Below are positions 39,860-40,619 of a stretch of DNA of 40,619 bases, piece by piece. Source of the DNA: a virus; the IMG/VR virus record IMGVR_UViG_3300045988_070645, positions 1 to 40,619 of that record. One strand, given 5' to 3'. The translations under genes and the position numbers were made by a program. The notes under the pieces were generated by a model. That model was given only the letters and a program-made list of their open reading frames with translations, was not told where the DNA came from and searched no databases. The stretch's first letter is position 1. Each line of letters starts with the position of its first letter.

Positions 39860-40619
39860 ATGGGCATTAGACAGCAGACGATTGACGATTACGGTGCGTT
39901 CGTGGAGAAATTCAAGCCGAAGAAGACCACGGACGACTGCTATACCCCCCCCGCGGTATATGAGGCGATAAAGGATTGGGCATGCCGTGAGTATGGCATC
40001 GACCACAGCAAGGTGGTGCGTCCCTTCTATCCGGGCGGCGACTACGAGAGTTTCGACTATTCGGACGGCAAGGTGGTGGTGGATAATCCGCCGTTCTCGA
40101 TTCTGTCGAAGATATGCGCGTTCTACCGCGACCGTGATATTCCTTTCTTCTTGTTCGCTCCGAACCTCACGATTTTCAGCAGCACGTCGCGCAACGGCGC
40201 GCATATGCTGGTCACTGATTGCGCGATCGAATACGCCAACGGCGCTATCGTCAACACCAGCTTCGTGACGAGTTTCGGCGATGACCTGATTCGCACCGCA
40301 CCGGATCTGACGAAGCTGATTAACGATGCGGTGAAACGAGTCAGGCGCGAAAGCAAGAAACATCTGCCGAAGTATGCGTATCCGCCGGAATTGTTGACCG
40401 TCACACGACTGAATAAGGTCGGCAATGCTGGCGTGGATTTCCGCGTCAAGGCTTCGGATGTGGCGTTCACGCGGGCACTCGATTCGCAGAAGGCGGTAAG
40501 GAAGGCCATCTTCGGCGGCGGCTATCTGATGAGCGAGAACAAGGCCGCGGAACTGAAGGCCGCGGAACTGAAGGCCGCGGAACTGAAGGCCGCGGAACTG
40601 AAGGCCGCGGAACTGAAGG
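39860..40619 (+). CDS. N6-adenine DNA methyltransferase-like protein, first 253 codons. The ORF has no stop before the window end and continues at 1..131.
   Basis: DDCYTPP near the N-terminus and VVVDNPPFS (motif IV-like). A C8 run lies at 39945-52. The ORF ends in KAAEL repeats. Confidence 0.6.
   Translation, partial: MGIRQQTIDDYGAFVEKFKPKKTTDDCYTPPAVYEAIKDWACREYGIDHSKVVRPFYPGGDYESFDYSDGKVVVDNPPFSILSKICAFYRDRDIPFFLFAPNLTIFSSTSRNGAHMLVTDCAIEYANGAIVNTSFVTSFGDDLIRTAPDLTKLINDAVKRVRRESKKHLPKYAYPPELLTVTRLNKVGNAGVDFRVKASDVAFTRALDSQKAVRKAIFGGGYLMSENKAAELKAAELKAAELKAAELKAAELK
40541..40619 (+). repeat. 15-bp perfect tandem array (5.3 units), the same array as 1..70
   Basis: Read directly. The last 63 nt equal the first 63 nt of the window. 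Confidence 0.95.

Overview
The first 63 nt of the window are identical to the last 63 nt. Both ends lie in one perfect 15-bp tandem array, (AAGGCCGCGGAACTG)n, and a methyltransferase-like ORF runs off the right end and continues in frame at the left end. I therefore read the window as a complete, circularly permuted (or circularly assembled) genome of about 40.5 kb. It looks like a temperate, high-GC, siphovirus-type phage of a Gram-positive actinobacterial host. Bifidobacterium-like is my impression only and is not verified. All functions come from motifs read in the translations; no database search was possible.

Gene order, left to right:
- A second tyrosine-recombinase module flanked by perfect 77-bp direct repeats (418-3028).
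- Phage integrase plus an attP that carries a tRNA 3' end and arm-type repeats (3141-4472).
- Lysogeny-module morons, including an AT-rich islet with a membrane-anchored DEDDh exonuclease (4478-6443).
- ImmA protease and a cI-like repressor facing a cro-like switch (6483-7742).
- Early, recombination and replication genes (RecT, SSB, RusA, a small methyltransferase, a PD-(D/E)XK-like nuclease, a replication-organiser-like protein, a Zn-ribbon/HTH protein), interrupted by a 440-bp noncoding gap.
- A tRNA-derived gene with an expanded central arm (17377-17535).
- HNH, TerS, TerL, portal, protease and HK97-type capsid; head-tail joining genes; major tail protein; G/GT chaperone with a GGGAAAA -1 slippery site; tape measure; Dit; and a 1651-aa tail fibre-like protein.
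- A terminator-bracketed module with three paralogous carbohydrate-binding-module (CBM)-like cassettes, the first interrupted by a G10 tract.
- A lysis cassette.

The most unusual items are the nested recombinase and acidic-protein module, the two tRNA-like scaffolds placed ahead of operons, the G10-switched cassette trio, and the membrane-anchored exonuclease moron.
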